Position numbers and translations under genes: made by a program | Assembly (NCBI GenBank): GCA_963734535.1 | Contig: CAVTHS010000005.1 | Coordinates: forward strand, 1-64,000 | DNA: 64,000 bases | Origin: an uncultured Chloroflexia bacterium | GTDB taxonomy: Bacteria > Chloroflexota > Limnocylindria > Limnocylindrales > CSP1-4 | Direction: 5' to 3' | Notes under the pieces: model-generated | Databases searched by the model: none | What the model was told of the DNA's origin: nothing | Seen by the model: only the letters and a program-made list of their open reading frames with translations | In this document: positions 62,141-64,000 of the stretch, in pieces | How positions within the stretch are numbered: the stretch's first letter is position 1 | How the letters are laid out: each line of letters starts with the position of its first letter

Positions 62141-64000
62141 ATGGCACCCCGCGTCGAGCCGGAGAGCAGCCCGGCTCGCACATTTCCCGCCCGGCCGAGG
62201 GCGATCGTCAAGGCGACGGATCTCGGGTCTGCGCAAGTCCTCAAGCACCTGGACCTCTTCCTCGTGTCCGACGAGTTCGGCGACATCCATCCCGATGCGC
62301 GCGGCATGGGCCTGTACGAGGGCGACACCCGCATCCTTTCGTGCAGCGTCCTTCGCATCGCTGGCGAGCGCCCCGTCATGCTCTCTTCCGATCCCGGCGG
62401 GAGCTGGCGCGGGGTCGTGCATGCGACGAACCCCGAGTTCCGCAAGGATCCGGGCGACAAGATGGCCGGCGACGAGCGGGTCCTGCGCCAGACGGTCTCG
62501 ATCGCGCGCGAGCGGACTCTCGCGGAGGCCTACCGCGAGCGCCTTGCCATCGAGAACCACGGCCCGATCACGTTCGAGTGCGATGTGGAGCTCGAGCTCG
62601 ACGCGGACTTCGCCGACATCTTCGAGGTTCGTGGACGCACCCGGCCGGCTCGCGGCAGCCTTCTGCCCATCGAGGTGACGAGCGAGGGGGGACTCGTCTT
62701 CGGATACACCGGGCTCGATGGCGTCACGGTGCGGACACACCTCGCGTTCGACCCTGTCCCGACGCTGCGTCCCGGCGGCGAGCGGCAGGACGGCTCCGTC
62801 GTGGCCCGCTGGACCGGTCCGCTGTCCCCCGGTGAGCGGCGCCAGATCGCATGGTCCGTCGGCGTCTCGCACGACCCCGCCCAGAAGGCTCCGGGGCTCG
62901 ATCCTGACGCGCTCGATCCGGCCCGCGCCCACGCCCGCTGGCTCAGCGACACCTCCGTCATCGAGACCGACCACGAGCTGGTCAACGAGGTCATCCGCCG
63001 CTCGCTCGACGACCTCTGCCTGCTCGCGTCGACCGACCCGCTCGGCGATCGCTTCATCGCCGCGGGGGTGCCCTGGTTCGCGACCCTCTTCGGGCGCGAC
63101 TCGCTGATCACCTCGCTGCAGACGGTCTCGTTCGCGCCGCAGCTGGCGATCGAATCCCTCGAGATCCTCGCCAGTCGGCAGGCATCGGCCGTCGACGCAT
63201 GGCGCGACGCGGAACCGGGCAAGATCCTCCACGAGTTCCGGACGGGCGAGATGAGCCGGACCGGCGAGCTCCCGTTCACGCCCTACTTCGGGTCGATCGA
63301 TTCGACGCCGCTCTGGCTGATCCTGCTCGGCGAGACGCACGACTGGACCGGAGATGACGGCCTCGTCGATCGGCTCTGGCCGAACGCCCTCGCGGCGCTC
63401 GAATGGATCGATCGATGGGGCGACCGGGATGGCGACGGGTTCGTGGAATACGAGCGACGGGCGGAGACCGGCCTTCGAAACCAGGGCTGGAAGGACTCGA
63501 GCGACGCGATCCGCTGGCTCGACGGCACCCTGGCCGAGACGCCCATCGCCCTCGCCGAGGTCCAGGGCTACGTCTTCGATGCGAAGAGGCGGATCGCCCG
63601 GCTCGCCCGGCGGCGCGGCGAGGCCTCTCTCGCCGACAGGCTCGAGGAGCAGGCGTCGGTGCTCCAGCGCCGGTTCGCCGAGCAGTTCCGGCTCCCCGAC
63701 GGGTCAATCTCGATGGCCCTCGACGGGGCCAAGCGAGCGGTCGATGCCATCGGCTCCAACGCTGGGCACGCCCTGTGGAGCGGGATCATCAGGGCCGAGG
63801 ACGCGCCGGCCGCCGCCGCGGCGCTCGGTTCGAGCGCGATGGTCTCCGGGTGGGGGCTGCGCACCTTCGCGGCGGACCAGCCGGGATACAACCCCATCGG
63901 CTACCACACGGGGAGCGTCTGGCCGCACGACACCGCGATCGCGGCCGCGGGGCTGCGGCGCTACGGCCTCGACGACGCGGCGGATGCCCTGGCCAGCGGC
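62141..64000 (+). CDS. Amylo-alpha-1,6-glucosidase / glycogen-debranching-like hydrolase, 3' end outside window
   Basis: Frame translated by hand: GLYEGDTRILS, ADFADIFEVRG, AAGVPWFATLFGRDSLI, EPGKILHE, YFGSIDSTPLW, NQGWKDS, GYHTGSVWPHD. Confidence 0.9.
   Translation, partial: MAPRVEPESSPARTFPARPRAIVKATDLGSAQVLKHLDLFLVSDEFGDIHPDARGMGLYEGDTRILSCSVLRIAGERPVMLSSDPGGSWRGVVHATNPEFRKDPGDKMAGDERVLRQTVSIARERTLAEAYRERLAIENHGPITFECDVELELDADFADIFEVRGRTRPARGSLLPIEVTSEGGLVFGYTGLDGVTVRTHLAFDPVPTLRPGGERQDGSVVARWTGPLSPGERRQIAWSVGVSHDPAQKAPGLDPDALDPARAHARWLSDTSVIETDHELVNEVIRRSLDDLCLLASTDPLGDRFIAAGVPWFATLFGRDSLITSLQTVSFAPQLAIESLEILASRQASAVDAWRDAEPGKILHEFRTGEMSRTGELPFTPYFGSIDSTPLWLILLGETHDWTGDDGLVDRLWPNALAALEWIDRWGDRDGDGFVEYERRAETGLRNQGWKDSSDAIRWLDGTLAETPIALAEVQGYVFDAKRRIARLARRRGEASLADRLEEQASVLQRRFAEQFRLPDGSISMALDGAKRAVDAIGSNAGHALWSGIIRAEDAPAAAAALGSSAMVSGWGLRTFAADQPGYNPIGYHTGSVWPHDTAIAAAGLRRYGLDDAADALASG

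Overview
Very GC-rich (roughly 70%) bacterial DNA. The gene content and style suggest Chloroflexota, possibly Limnocylindria; this is an inference. About 1-34 kb is a large purine-catabolism region: two molybdenum hydroxylases (one of the selenium-dependent XDH type), a YgfK-like oxidoreductase, an SsnA-like amidohydrolase, guanine and 8-oxoguanine deaminases, carbamate kinase, an aminotransferase, a divergent transketolase, two fold-type-II PLP enzymes, a BMP nucleoside ABC transporter, a GntR regulator and two carbamoyltransferases (ATCase-like and YgeW-like). It looks like a rewired form of the anaerobic yge/ygf uric-acid (2,8-dioxopurine) pathway. Its operons share a composite promoter element visible in the DNA: three ~85-bp copies plus a fourth partial copy. 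An ECF sigma factor with a putative anti-sigma factor fused to a sugar-binding domain is inserted in this region. The rest of the window holds an XRE-nuclease-like gene, GSI and GSIII, resB, a GGDEF protein, Lrp, a peptide ABC operon, an LLM oxidoreductase, a Ca/H antiporter, a BNR-propeller/MoaD pair, VOC and ROK proteins, tRNA-Pro, an esterase, an M24-like protein, a GT4 and a glycogen-debranching-like hydrolase. All six frameshifts are +1 insertions that read as two synonymous alleles side by side, which points to a strain-mixed consensus artefact. No CRISPR array, rRNA or transposase was seen.
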